This document shows, in pieces, positions 1 to 10,009 of a stretch of 64,000 nt of DNA (positions are counted from its first letter, which is position 1; each line of letters opens with the position of its first letter). The notes below the pieces were generated by a model. It saw nothing but the letters and a program-made list of their open reading frames with translations, searched no databases and was not told the DNA's origin. A program made the translations under genes and the position numbers. This stretch comes from Camelus ferus (taxonomy: Eukaryota), in the NCBI RefSeq assembly GCF_009834535.1, contig NC_045697.1:63490001-63554000 (forward strand). The letters are read 5' to 3'.

Positions 1-647
1 TGCATAAAATGACTACTTGAAGATGCTATGTGCATGCTGTTACTATCCATTAGTGCTCTAAAAAAGAACAAAGCATGACCTTGACTCCTTTCCTCACTTC
101 CTAGCGCTGGTTTATGTTTTGTAGCTGTGATCTGTAGCTTCAGCTCATGTTCCTTGCTTTTTTGCAGCCTAGTTTTCTGACCTACCAGGCTGCCTCAAAC
201 CACTGCTTACACTGATCCTTGTACTGCACAGTGTTGAATCTCTCTGCTTTTTCTCCTTCCCAGAATTCTACAGTTATGCCAGAATTCTTGAAAAAACATT
301 CCTAAAGCAGTACTGTTTCTGTATTCCTCATCATTGTCACAATTCAGCACCCCATAAAATGGGATATTACTATTTGTTGGATCTGCTGATATTAGGGATG
401 TCTCTCTTTTCAGTTTTTACTATCTTTAATAAAATACAAAACCAGAAAAGCCTTACTCTCCTTCTATTATGCAAACAATGTATATGCAATGCCAAGCAGT
501 GCCCAATATTATTTACACTGTCCTTCCTCCTGTCTGAAGGTGGCATAAATGACCAGAGTCCAAGAGCTGTCTTAGCTGCCTTGTCCCAGGAGGATGGCAG
601 AAGGGTGCCCACTACGCACAGCAAGCCCCTGCCAGTGCTAGGTTTTA

Positions 648-1072
648 TGAGATTTAAAGATTCTTTAGATGGTGGGAACTGACACACTGACATTTAAATA
701 TGAAAGAACCCTTTTTACTTATATCTCCAAATGAGAGAAGACTGCCAGGCAGGGTCATGCAGGAGATTGCCCCCTGGGGACAAAGTAACAGTAAATCAGA
801 GCTACAGAGGGCAGTTTACATATGGCTAGTAGAATGGGATTAGCTCAGTTTCCAGCACTTTCTGAGGACTGGCTAATTCAAATAATTTTAAGAGCTCTGG
901 GGCAGAGAGGCTGTCTGTATTTGCCTGGTACCTGGCCTGATGGGGCTGGTACATAACGGCCCTGGAGTGTGAGGGCCCCATAAAGAAAGTGTTTGGAATG
1001 TGGACTTGATCAGCCATTGGAGAAGAAGAACTAATTGGCCTCTAGCCAGAGTCTCAAAACTAAGTCAAGATA
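648..1072 (-). mobile_element. Ancient degraded LTR-like element (ERV solo LTR, family uncertain)
   Basis: About 425-bp block, more GC-rich than its flanks, resembling old eutherian LTR consensus sequences; family and ends not secure. Confidence 0.4.
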
Positions 1073-1087
1073 GGATTTTATTCTACC

Positions 1088-1383
1088 TTTATTTTTTTTA
1101 AATTGACGTATAGTCAGTTTACAATGTTGTGTCAATTTCTGGTGTACAGCATAATAGTTCAGTCATACATATACGTGCATATATTTGTTTTCATATTCTT
1201 TTTCATTATGGGTTACCACAAGATACTGAATATAGTTTCCTGTGCTAGACAGTATAAACTTGTTGTTTTATCTATTTTACATATAGTAGTTAACATCTGC
1301 AAATCTTGAACTCCCAATTTATCCCTTCCCACCCTCTTCCCTCCTGGTAGCCATAAGTTTGTTTTCTGTGTCTGTGACTCTGT
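1088..1383 (-). mobile_element. L1 3' end fragment (artiodactyl/camelid type), 5'-truncated
   Basis: T-rich tail followed by aattgacgtatagtcagtttacaatgttgtg...ggtagccataagtttgttttctgtgtctgtga; clearly homologous to the L1 3' ends at 47415 and 61091. Confidence 0.88.
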
Positions 1384-4169
1384 ACCAAACAAATAAAACA
1401 GCTGTATTACATACTTATAGGTGAGGAAGGAGATGCATTTGATGTCTTTGGTTGCTTTTCCTTCCCAGAAACTAAAGTTTATAGTTATGCTCAAACATAA
1501 TTCTTATTTTATTCAGGATGTTGGGAGGTAAGATGTCCCCTCCTTCTTACCTAAAACTTCATGAAAAGCAAGTAAACGTGACTTCACAACAGAGAGGGAC
1601 TTTTAAAAGGGTGTTTTTAACCATTAATTTTTTTTCTTGTATATTCTGCATTGTGAGAAGGATCACTAGGTTGCTTTCCCTGTTTAAGAAATACAACTAT
1701 AATGTGACAAGTGTGCCTGTCTTCTGTGAGAAAAAAAAAGTGCTGACTTCAGATAATCTCAAGACCTCTTAAAGATATTTATTTCTTCAAGAATTTTGTA
1801 TCAAGCAAGTACAAAGGGACAAATTAGTATTACTCTATCACTTGTTGACATTCTGTATTGAGAAGTTCATTGTTGATGAGGTTTTAAAGATATTTATGCC
1901 TTAAGTATATTTCCTAATTGATGGTGGTGAAACCCATGGGTTTAGGAGATCGGGCAACTAATTTGCTATGGCTACTAACTCAGAAATTTGAGTTAGAAAT
2001 TTGACACTGAGAAATTTGATTTTCATCCTTCTACCTGCAAAATACTATCATTTTAAGAAGGCTTTAGAAAATGAAACACAAATGTTTGTTGTTTCCAATT
2101 TTCACCAAATAACTGTATGAAATAAAGAACAGAAAAGTGAAAACTTTGTGTAAGTATCTTCTGTAGGGATTATGACTTAGGTTAATATGCTCTGTCCACT
2201 TACTGTATAGAAAAATTGAGTAAGATGTAGAACATTATGTTAGAAGAGTTATACAACCCAATTTTTTTCTTATTAATAGAAGAAGGTGAATCTAAAAGGA
2301 CTCTAACAACTTGGAAAAGACAAGCACGTAGTCTCATGGAACTGTTGTAACATCTTAGCAAATTTCTTAGTGGAGGCTAATGTTTTTAACTATTACAAAA
2401 ATCATCAAAATACAATGAATTCTGTGGAGAAGCTAATGAACACAATTTAAGGGTCTTGGTATTATTATTAATGGTTTCCTTTTGTTTGACCTTTGCTACA
2501 ATTGTTTTCTCTGCTTCATTTCTATTCTTAAAGCCCTACTTAGCCTAGAAATGTTCAATAACTGGCCAAAAAAGATTCTGACAGCAAAAAAAAATTCTGT
2601 ACGTAAAAGTGCTTTATAAATGTTTAAGTCCATATAAAAATATAAAGTACTGCTATTATCTTGAGTGATGGAGATTAGTAAGAAGTTTTAAGATTTCCTA
2701 AGAGTAACACTTGCAAATGAAAAGATTATGCTGATCTTTTTAATTGCTTGAAATTCATAGATAGTATACCACTGTGTAAAGGGATAATGCTTGGGTTTCC
2801 TGATTTGATTTATATGATAAAAGATACATTTCTAAGATACTGTGCGCACCCTTTGAACACCTATTAGGCCTTCTTAAAATTTTTTTATTTCCATGAAAAC
2901 AATATTTAGTAAGAAAGCACAGTTGTTGTAAATCAATGGAATGTTCATCTCTTAAATCAGTGACTTTATAGTCAAATCTAGATGTTTTTAATTGAATGTT
3001 TCTAAAAAAAAATTTTATTGCATCATCTAGCAATTATTCATACTGAAATGATTTATAAAATATTTTTCAATTATTTTAAACTAAATAATAAAGAATTAGA
3101 GTTGTGTTTTTATTGAATTTGTTTTCAATGTTTGAAAAACAGATCCTCTTATGGTCTTGTTTAGATGATTATACGCCTGCATTGATTTATTTCACTGGCT
3201 ACCAGGTGTTGGAGATAGCATGCTACTTTAAAACTGAGTTAATATGAGTTACAGGAGGTCAGTTATTTAGGCAGAGTAGCAAAATACATTATCAATTATT
3301 ATACTTTATTGTGTTTTCTAATCTCTGCCCTGCTGTCCTTTCCTACCACATTCCTATTTCTTCTCTCTCTCTCTCTTTTTTTTTTTTTCACTTGTTCGTA
3401 ACAGTCTGTCCTTGTTTACACTGGTAGCATTGTCAGTTTCCTTTACTTTTTTAATCTTTTGAGCTTTTCACTTACAAGAATGGAAAACTGCTTGTAAATC
3501 ATAAAGAAAAGCCCTCCAGAGAGAAGAAAAGTCTATAAATAGAAAAAGTCATGATGACTCAATACAAATTTTGATATATTTTTGTAACTGGTAGCCAAGA
3601 ATCATATTCATAATTTTACCTGAGGAATTATGTGGAAGTTTGTGAGTTAGAAATTATTTGATTTTTTTTCATCTGCATTTCTAATTTCAGCATAAGATCA
3701 TTTTCAAGGTGATTTACAGACTCTACTTGCCTTTAATTTTTTGGCACTTGATTTCTGTTCATACAAGTCTTAAATAATGAGGTGATTCTAATTCCAGGCA
3801 AAAATAAATTATAGAATATATGGGACTGGAGTCAGCTAACTGAATTTAGGGCAAATTACCCAAATATTCATTTCTCTGGCTCTAACTTTCCAAATTTAGA
3901 AAATAAAAGTACAAGAATAAGATAGTTTTTAATGAAATTTTATATTTGTATTTCTGATTCTCCAGTAGGATATACAATGAGAACATAAATATTTCTTTAA
4001 TGCATGAAATGAGCTATTTGAAAGTTACACTAAATAGGACATAATTTAAATCCCCATATCATAAATTAAATCACAGAATATTTTATTTTAAAAATTACCT
4101 GTATATATTTTTGTACAACTATAATGTGTCATGATTTATACCAATTCTAATTCTAATAATTTGGAGTTT

Positions 4170-4290
4170 GTCCATACGTTCTGGTGATCTATATAACAAA
4201 TCATCTCAAAACTTAGTGGCTTACAACTATACTTTTGTTCACAATTTTGTAAGTCAGAAATTTGGGAATGATTCAACTCAGGCAGTCAAC
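4170..4290 (-). mobile_element. MLT1-type MaLR LTR fragment
   Basis: ataacaaatcatctcaaaacttagtggcttacaac...ttcacaattttgtaagtcagaaatttggg, typical of the reverse-complemented MLT1 3' end. Confidence 0.6.
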
Positions 4291-4631
4291 GTGAGAAGCT
4301 GGTGACCAAAGCCCCACCCAGAATTCTGCAAATATAGTGAGAATATTGAGGCCATATTAATTCATTTGAGAGTCGTCTTCACTTGAGAGTAAGTGTTGTT
4401 CAAGAGTTTTCATTTTGTGTGTTAGACAGGTACTTCTGAATTTTGCCATGTATACATTTAACAACTAAAAACAAAACTCTAGGTAACTGAGAGTCATCTG
4501 CAAAATCATTCATAGAGGTTTTTATAAATTGGCTTCTGATGACATATGATAAATATTTAATATGTGTTATTCCACAAATAAGTACAAATGATATATCAGC
4601 ACCAACCTGATTTAAGGCTGTGAGCTCATAA

Positions 4632-4796
4632 GGGGGGAGAGGATAGCTCAAGTGGTAGAGTGCATGTGTAGCATGTACAAGGTCCTGGGTTCAATCCCCA
4701 GTACCTCCTCTAAAAATAAATAAATGATTAAACCTAATTGTCTCCTCCCTCAACAAAAAAAGTAATAAATTAAAAAAAATATTAAAAAAAAAAAAA
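4632..4796 (+). mobile_element. tRNA-derived SINE, camelid Vic-1 type
   Basis: G-run head, Pol III A box tagctcaagtgg (4644-4655), B box ggttcaatccc (4688-4698), then aaataaataaat...aaacctaattgtctcctccc and an A-rich tail. Degenerate TSD-like flanks aaggctgtgag / aaggtgtgag. Confidence 0.88.
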
Positions 4797-5018
4797 GGTG
4801 TGAGATTATGAACTTCTTGAAAAAGCTTCCCGGGGTGTGAGTGAGGGGGGAGGAAATCAGAGAATTGTGGAAAGTGAGCATGTTTTTGGAAGGGCAAGTT
4901 TCTTTCAATTCCTATTAGCCATGATATAGGTAAATCTTCATTTTAAACTAATTAATTAACAACATATTTACGAATTAATATACAAAAAACTATTGGTTAT
5001 TAATTGTCAAATAACAAT

Positions 5019-5472
5019 CGGAGTAGGTTCAGGCTGAGGCTCAGATCCCCTTTCAATAAAGGACTTACTACCCAGCTGCAAGTCCTGCGGGTAGCTGACT
5101 GCCTTCAGCTGTTAGTGCCTTTAGGGCCTGCTTCAGCTCGTCTCTGGGTGGGTCGAAGCAATGAATTGAGTAACTGCAGCTGAGATCTAGTTCTTCTCGA
5201 GGCAGCTCCCAACCAATGACTGTGCAGCGGGTGGCACAAGGGCCCGCCCACTTCCCTTCTCGCGGTATTCCTCTCACGGGCGGCCTTGCTGTTGGCGCGC
5301 CTCGGTTAGTTGGCGGCGGCGGTTTCGTCAGGTAGGAGTCATGGCCCACTGTTTCCCTGACCAGTTCTTATTCTTTTACTTTTCTTTTCATGCGGATTTA
5401 CTCTTTAATAAATCTTTTGTACCCTTAACTCTACCTCAGTTTTTTGTTTCCTACAGAACCCAACCTGTGACA
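5019..5472 (+). mobile_element. ERVL solo LTR, LTR16 (LTR16B-like), sense to CCSER1
   Basis: 5' gctcagatcccctttcaataaaggacttactacccagctgc, CCAAT at 5213, AATAAA at 5407, 3' end cagaacccaacctgtgaca. Near-matching 5-bp flanks acaat (5014-5018) and acatt (5473-5477). Confidence 0.8.
5210..5337 (+). promoter_or_regulatory. Candidate CpG-rich promoter and non-coding first exon inside the LTR16 copy
   Basis: 13 CpGs in 5221-5330, CCAAT at 5213-5217, GC boxes CCCGCCC at 5243-5249 and GGGCGG at 5278-5283, and donor-like CAG|GTAGGA at 5331/5332. Activity is inferred, not shown. Confidence 0.45.
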
Positions 5473-6699
5473 ACATTGTAATTTATGAAGGGAGGTAGTT
5501 TTTCTTAAGTGCGATATTAAGCATGACTTTGTGAATATAAATACTAATACAGTAGCGTTATTGTTACTGGTTAGTTTATAGTCTGGAGTTACCGTCAACT
5601 TCCACAGTAATGTCCAGGGGGCCCAAAGAAGTTCATTAATTAGCTCAAAACAGCAGAGGGAGGTAAAGTAACGAGGATTTGACCCTAGATGTCTCTGACT
5701 CTAAGAGACATGATTGTTTTCTTACCTACCTTTTAAGTCTACTGAATTTTCTTTGCCTTGTGGAGCAGGCTAAGCCTTTTCACCAATAACTTGGTAATTT
5801 GTTACATTTAAATTTAGAATCTATGAAAACAAACATTAAAAAGCTCTACCTACTAAGGCCCATGATTTAGGGAAGAAATAGGGCTGCTGCAAAATAAAAG
5901 GAACAGATAATTAGCGTCTCCCAGTCAGCTGTCTGTCCGCAAATGAAAGACGGTATTAATTTGAATCATGTGTTCTGTATTGCTTAGTAGAAGGAGTAGA
6001 AACTTAACACCCTGAGAAGCAGAATAAACAAATACTGTCTTCTGTAATTCGTTAGCTATTTTCTTCCTTGTCAACTTAGGTAAAGTTACCCCATTCAGAA
6101 AAAAATGGGAATTCTCCCTAGTGTTTATACTGTTTATTTGGTAATTTTATCGGAAGCAAATGCGGACTTGAATATCTTAATGTGTGTCATTTGCAATGCT
6201 TGGTACTGGTAATATGCTAATGAAAGTCTGTCTGCTCAAGCGGTGGGGGTGGGGGACTAGTCTAATGATGCTGGGAAACAAGCAAATGGCACTTGAAGTA
6301 TTAGTATTGTATGAAATGATACATGATTTAGATGCAGTAGAGCATGCCCTCACCCTCAAGGGAAACATAACTCAGCCAACAAAGGAAAGCTCCCTCCTGG
6401 AAAAAGGAATGATGCTTGAAATACCTCCTAAATCCTGAGAAATTGGGGGATAGAGGGACGCAGTGGGTAGAAGGCAGTATAACCCAGAGATGTGCATGTG
6501 TGAAGCAAGGAGACCCAAAGCAACATTCTGCATCTCGGTTCTGTGGGGATGAGCACAGTTTGTAAGAAAACTAAATGAAAAACTGACGCTCCAGAAACAA
6601 GCAATAGCTGATAATGAAAGGCACTGTGTGCTATAGTAAAGAATATACTATATATGATTAACTGTATTGAGAAACTATACAAAAAAGAAATGATGTAAT

Positions 6700-7270
6700 T
6701 CTCATTTAGGAAAATATCTCTGGCAGATAGGGAAAAGGGATAGACACAGAATCATTTGGAGTCTTACTGTAGTAACATAAGAAGCAGTGGATACCTAGAG
6801 TAAATCAATGAGGAATAAAGAGGGATGAGTCCTAGAAATACCAAGGAAACAGACATGAAAGAATTTGGTACCAGATTTGGTTCAGAGTGAGTATAAGCTG
6901 AAAATATACAATGACTTTCTGGTTATTTTAGGAAATAAGATGATGGGAGAAGTAAATAGAAATGAAGTTTTGGAGTAGGAAAAAGATGTTGAGAAAGTTT
7001 GAGTTGGAATGTCTGTGAGACAGTACCGAGTATATGCTCACTAAATAGTTTAATTTGTGTTGAATCTCGGAAGATAAGTCTAGATTAGGTGTCTGTGAGA
7101 GTTATCCAGCATAGAATAATAGAGGTCATGGATGTGAATGTTTTGTGTACATGTAGGCTGTGGCTGAGTGTTCAATGTAGAGTGACAAGATTCAGTGCCC
7201 ACATAGAAAGCTCTAGTGAGAGGGACATGTTGCAGAGACATCATTAAAGATGAAGCCTATACCAAGGCCA
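6700..7270 (-). mobile_element. Degraded L2 LINE fragment
   Basis: Purine-rich stretch with gtttgagttggaatgtctgtgagaca...gagagttatccagcatagaat...ggtcatggatgtgaatg, typical of antisense L2. Confidence 0.6.
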
Positions 7271-7677
7271 TTGGTTTGAGAATTAATAATTAACTTTACA
7301 TACCATTTTGTTATAATTATGTCCTTTAATTTTTATTCCACAGATTATGTATGCACAGGAATGGGAAGACAGAATTGAAGATGAATCCTTGACTTCTCTT
7401 TTAGGGAACAAAATGGACAAAGGGAAATAAAAAGAAAAGTCAATCAGAAAAAAATATGTGTTTAGACATTATATATAGCATAATATCTTTGAATACATCA
7501 GCTTGTATTGCAACATAGCATAGAGTATGTTGTGGAAAATACCACACCTTAGAGGAAATATAAGTTTCATTAGTCAAAGGCAATTATCTCCCGCTGTGTG
7601 AAGCTAACTTTCCTTATTAAGAGCAAAGTGAAAGGACTAAGCCTATTTATTATGCTGTCTTTTTGATGTTTTTATAG

Positions 7678-7761
7678 GATATCATGAAAGATGAATGCTC
7701 ACTGCTGAAACTGCAACTGAAAGAGAAGGATGAACTCATTTCCCAACTTCAGGAAGAACTG
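7678..7761 (+). CDS. CCSER1: Internal coding exon of CCSER1 (coiled-coil serine-rich protein 1, FAM190A); probably orthologous to human exon 8
   Basis: Acceptor ...tctttttgatgtttttatAG (7676-7677) and consensus donor CTG|GTAAGT (7762). The 84-nt open phase-0 exon translates to DIMKDECSLLKLQLKEKDELISQLQEEL, matching my recall of human CCSER1 (DIMKDECSMLKLQLKEKDELISQLQEEL). Heptad positions M3/C7/L10/L14/K17/I21/L24/L28. Exon number is from memory. Confidence 0.93.
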
Positions 7762-10009
7762 GTAAGTGTGAACAATATCTGACACACAAGTGTATTTTCC
7801 TTGCAAGCTAATTTGTTAGAAACCCTACAACAACCTTATTAACATGAACGTTATTAATGGTTTATGAACTATTAATGATTCACTATGATTATGAATTTTA
7901 TAATCCTACAGTAATGAGGTTTTGACAACCTGAAAATTAGAATGTTTTATAGTATGTATTTAGCTTTGTACAATTCCAGAAACAGATTACTGAACCAGAA
8001 TTAGACATTTCAGTTGTACCTGTCAAATTATGAAAGCTAAACCCACGTTTTTTGTGAAGTGCCAGATTTAACTTCATACTGCCATACCTAGAGATACAAT
8101 CATGTAATATAAAGCAAAGTGCTCAATTTTGCAAACAAAAACATTTTGCTTTTTTATAAAGCTACCAAAAATGCATAAACTTAATAAGATTTTTTTGTTA
8201 ATAAAGATATATAAATCCAAATGTAAAATTTACAAAAAATATGAAATGTGTATAGTTCATGTTTTCAGGGTTTTTTAATGTGATATCATAAAAAATGTAA
8301 TCATACTTTCCTAACATAACACATTTGGTAGGTAACAAGAATAGCAGGGGGCATTACTTTTCTAGGTATGTATTTTCAATTTATATATATGAATAGTATT
8401 TTGCAAGAAAACACACTTAATCGGGATATAAATAAAAATGAGTTGTCTAAAACAAAAATGAAAAAGCAATGAATTATCTTTAAAAATTAATCAAGAGCTC
8501 TTAATACCAGTAAAATAAAGATATACTATACAATGAGAGACCCTGACTCCTTATCAGGATCAAAAAACAAACCCTAATCAATAATATTCTTTGATTTCAG
8601 ATTTGAGTACACTAACAATGATGTATTAGGTAATTATTAAATACAATTAAATGACAAAATAGATCTTATAGGCCATCAAGCGTCTGAGAACATATTAGTG
8701 AGATAGCAGACAAATGTAGAGCATATTTTACTCTCGACAACTGACAACATTTACTAAAACCAGACCTTTGACTGGGTTAATGCCAATTATTGGTCCCATG
8801 AACATATTTCCTTAGAAAACCCATAAACCAGTACTTAAAATAGTAATAGTATTACAGACAAAAGGAGCATGTCTTACATTACTGGGGGTAACTTTTTATA
8901 AGTAATTGATAATATAAACTCAATTACATGAAGGCATTCCTATATTTAATATAACCCTAGAGATATATTTTATGTAATCAAGCTTTCTTTGAGTTGAGTA
9001 AAAATCATATATAGATATTTATGAATGGATGCATAAAATCATCAGTTTAACCCAGCAGAAAATTTTGTTAAAGAATGCTTATTTTGGACAATTAACTCAG
9101 AAATGTTCTTTTTTCCCCCCTTCAACATTAGTTATGATGAGGTGTAAAACTTAACATATATAAGAAATAAGACCTTATTTGTTGTATGAAATGAAAAAGA
9201 AAATTCTTACTCCCAGAGCCAATGTTACATAGCTATAATTAAGGTAATTTAGTAATACTCCCTCCAGAAAGTCCTCTGTTGGTTGACTGAGTAAAATGAG
9301 GTGCAAATATTTTTTTCCTTTGAACTTGAATTACCCAAATTGACCTCTTAGCCTCTAAAATTTTGCAGGTAACAATCAAGGTACCATTTTAATTTTTTGT
9401 ACTATGTAGTTTGCATAGTCATCTTGAATAGTTCAAAAAGGAAAATTAACTTTTAGAAATAGTTTGTTTTAAAGAAGACTCTACCTAAAGAAGAAAATAC
9501 ACAGATGATTTAAGAATTTAAGGAAGAAAAAATATTGTTAAAAAGAAAGTTATTAAACTGAATTTGGAGCATGGAGAAGTGGCAATCACATAAAAGTAAT
9601 GCACTTGGATCCATTGAAAATTAGGTCCTAGTGTTTCTGAATCTGATAAGTAACTTGTGACATTTTGACAAGGTGGACATTAAACTTAACATCTATACCT
9701 TAACTTCCTAAATTTGAAAATTTCAAAACATTTTAGACCAAGTCTTGTACTCTTAATTCATAACCTGTAATTTTAGTTTAGTTTGTCATGGGTTTCTCAT
9801 ATCTTAACTTCTATTATCAAAGCACTTCTATCTACATACACTTTTTAAATCTTTATACACTATATATCAAATTTAGATGTAACTATGCCAATAAAGAATT
9901 TATATACAAATTAAGTAAAGTTGGAATTAAAAAACTTAGCCTCATTTTGATATTTTTAGGAGTTGTATTAAAAAGTTAGGATCAGTGTAGGGTTGTGGAA
10001 AAATAAATG

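Larger units (their letters stand above)
1..7677 (+). other. CCSER1: 3' part of the CCSER1 intron upstream of the coiled-coil exon
   Basis: Ends at the acceptor AG at 7676-7677; no other recognisable CCSER1 exon is seen upstream in the window. Confidence 0.8.

Noticed and set aside
359..693. Overlapping antiparallel 107-aa ORFs
   Set aside because: No recognisable protein similarity, and the right end runs into an LTR-like repeat; expected by chance.
1930..2019. 14-bp palindrome aaacccatgggttt and three copies of agaaatttga
   Set aside because: Short, low-complexity and plausibly slippage-derived; no regular repeat-spacer structure and not CRISPR-like.
4632..4706. Possible tRNA-Ala-like gene
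   Set aside because: It continues into a SINE body and A-rich tail, with no clean acceptor stem or T-run terminator; it is a SINE head.
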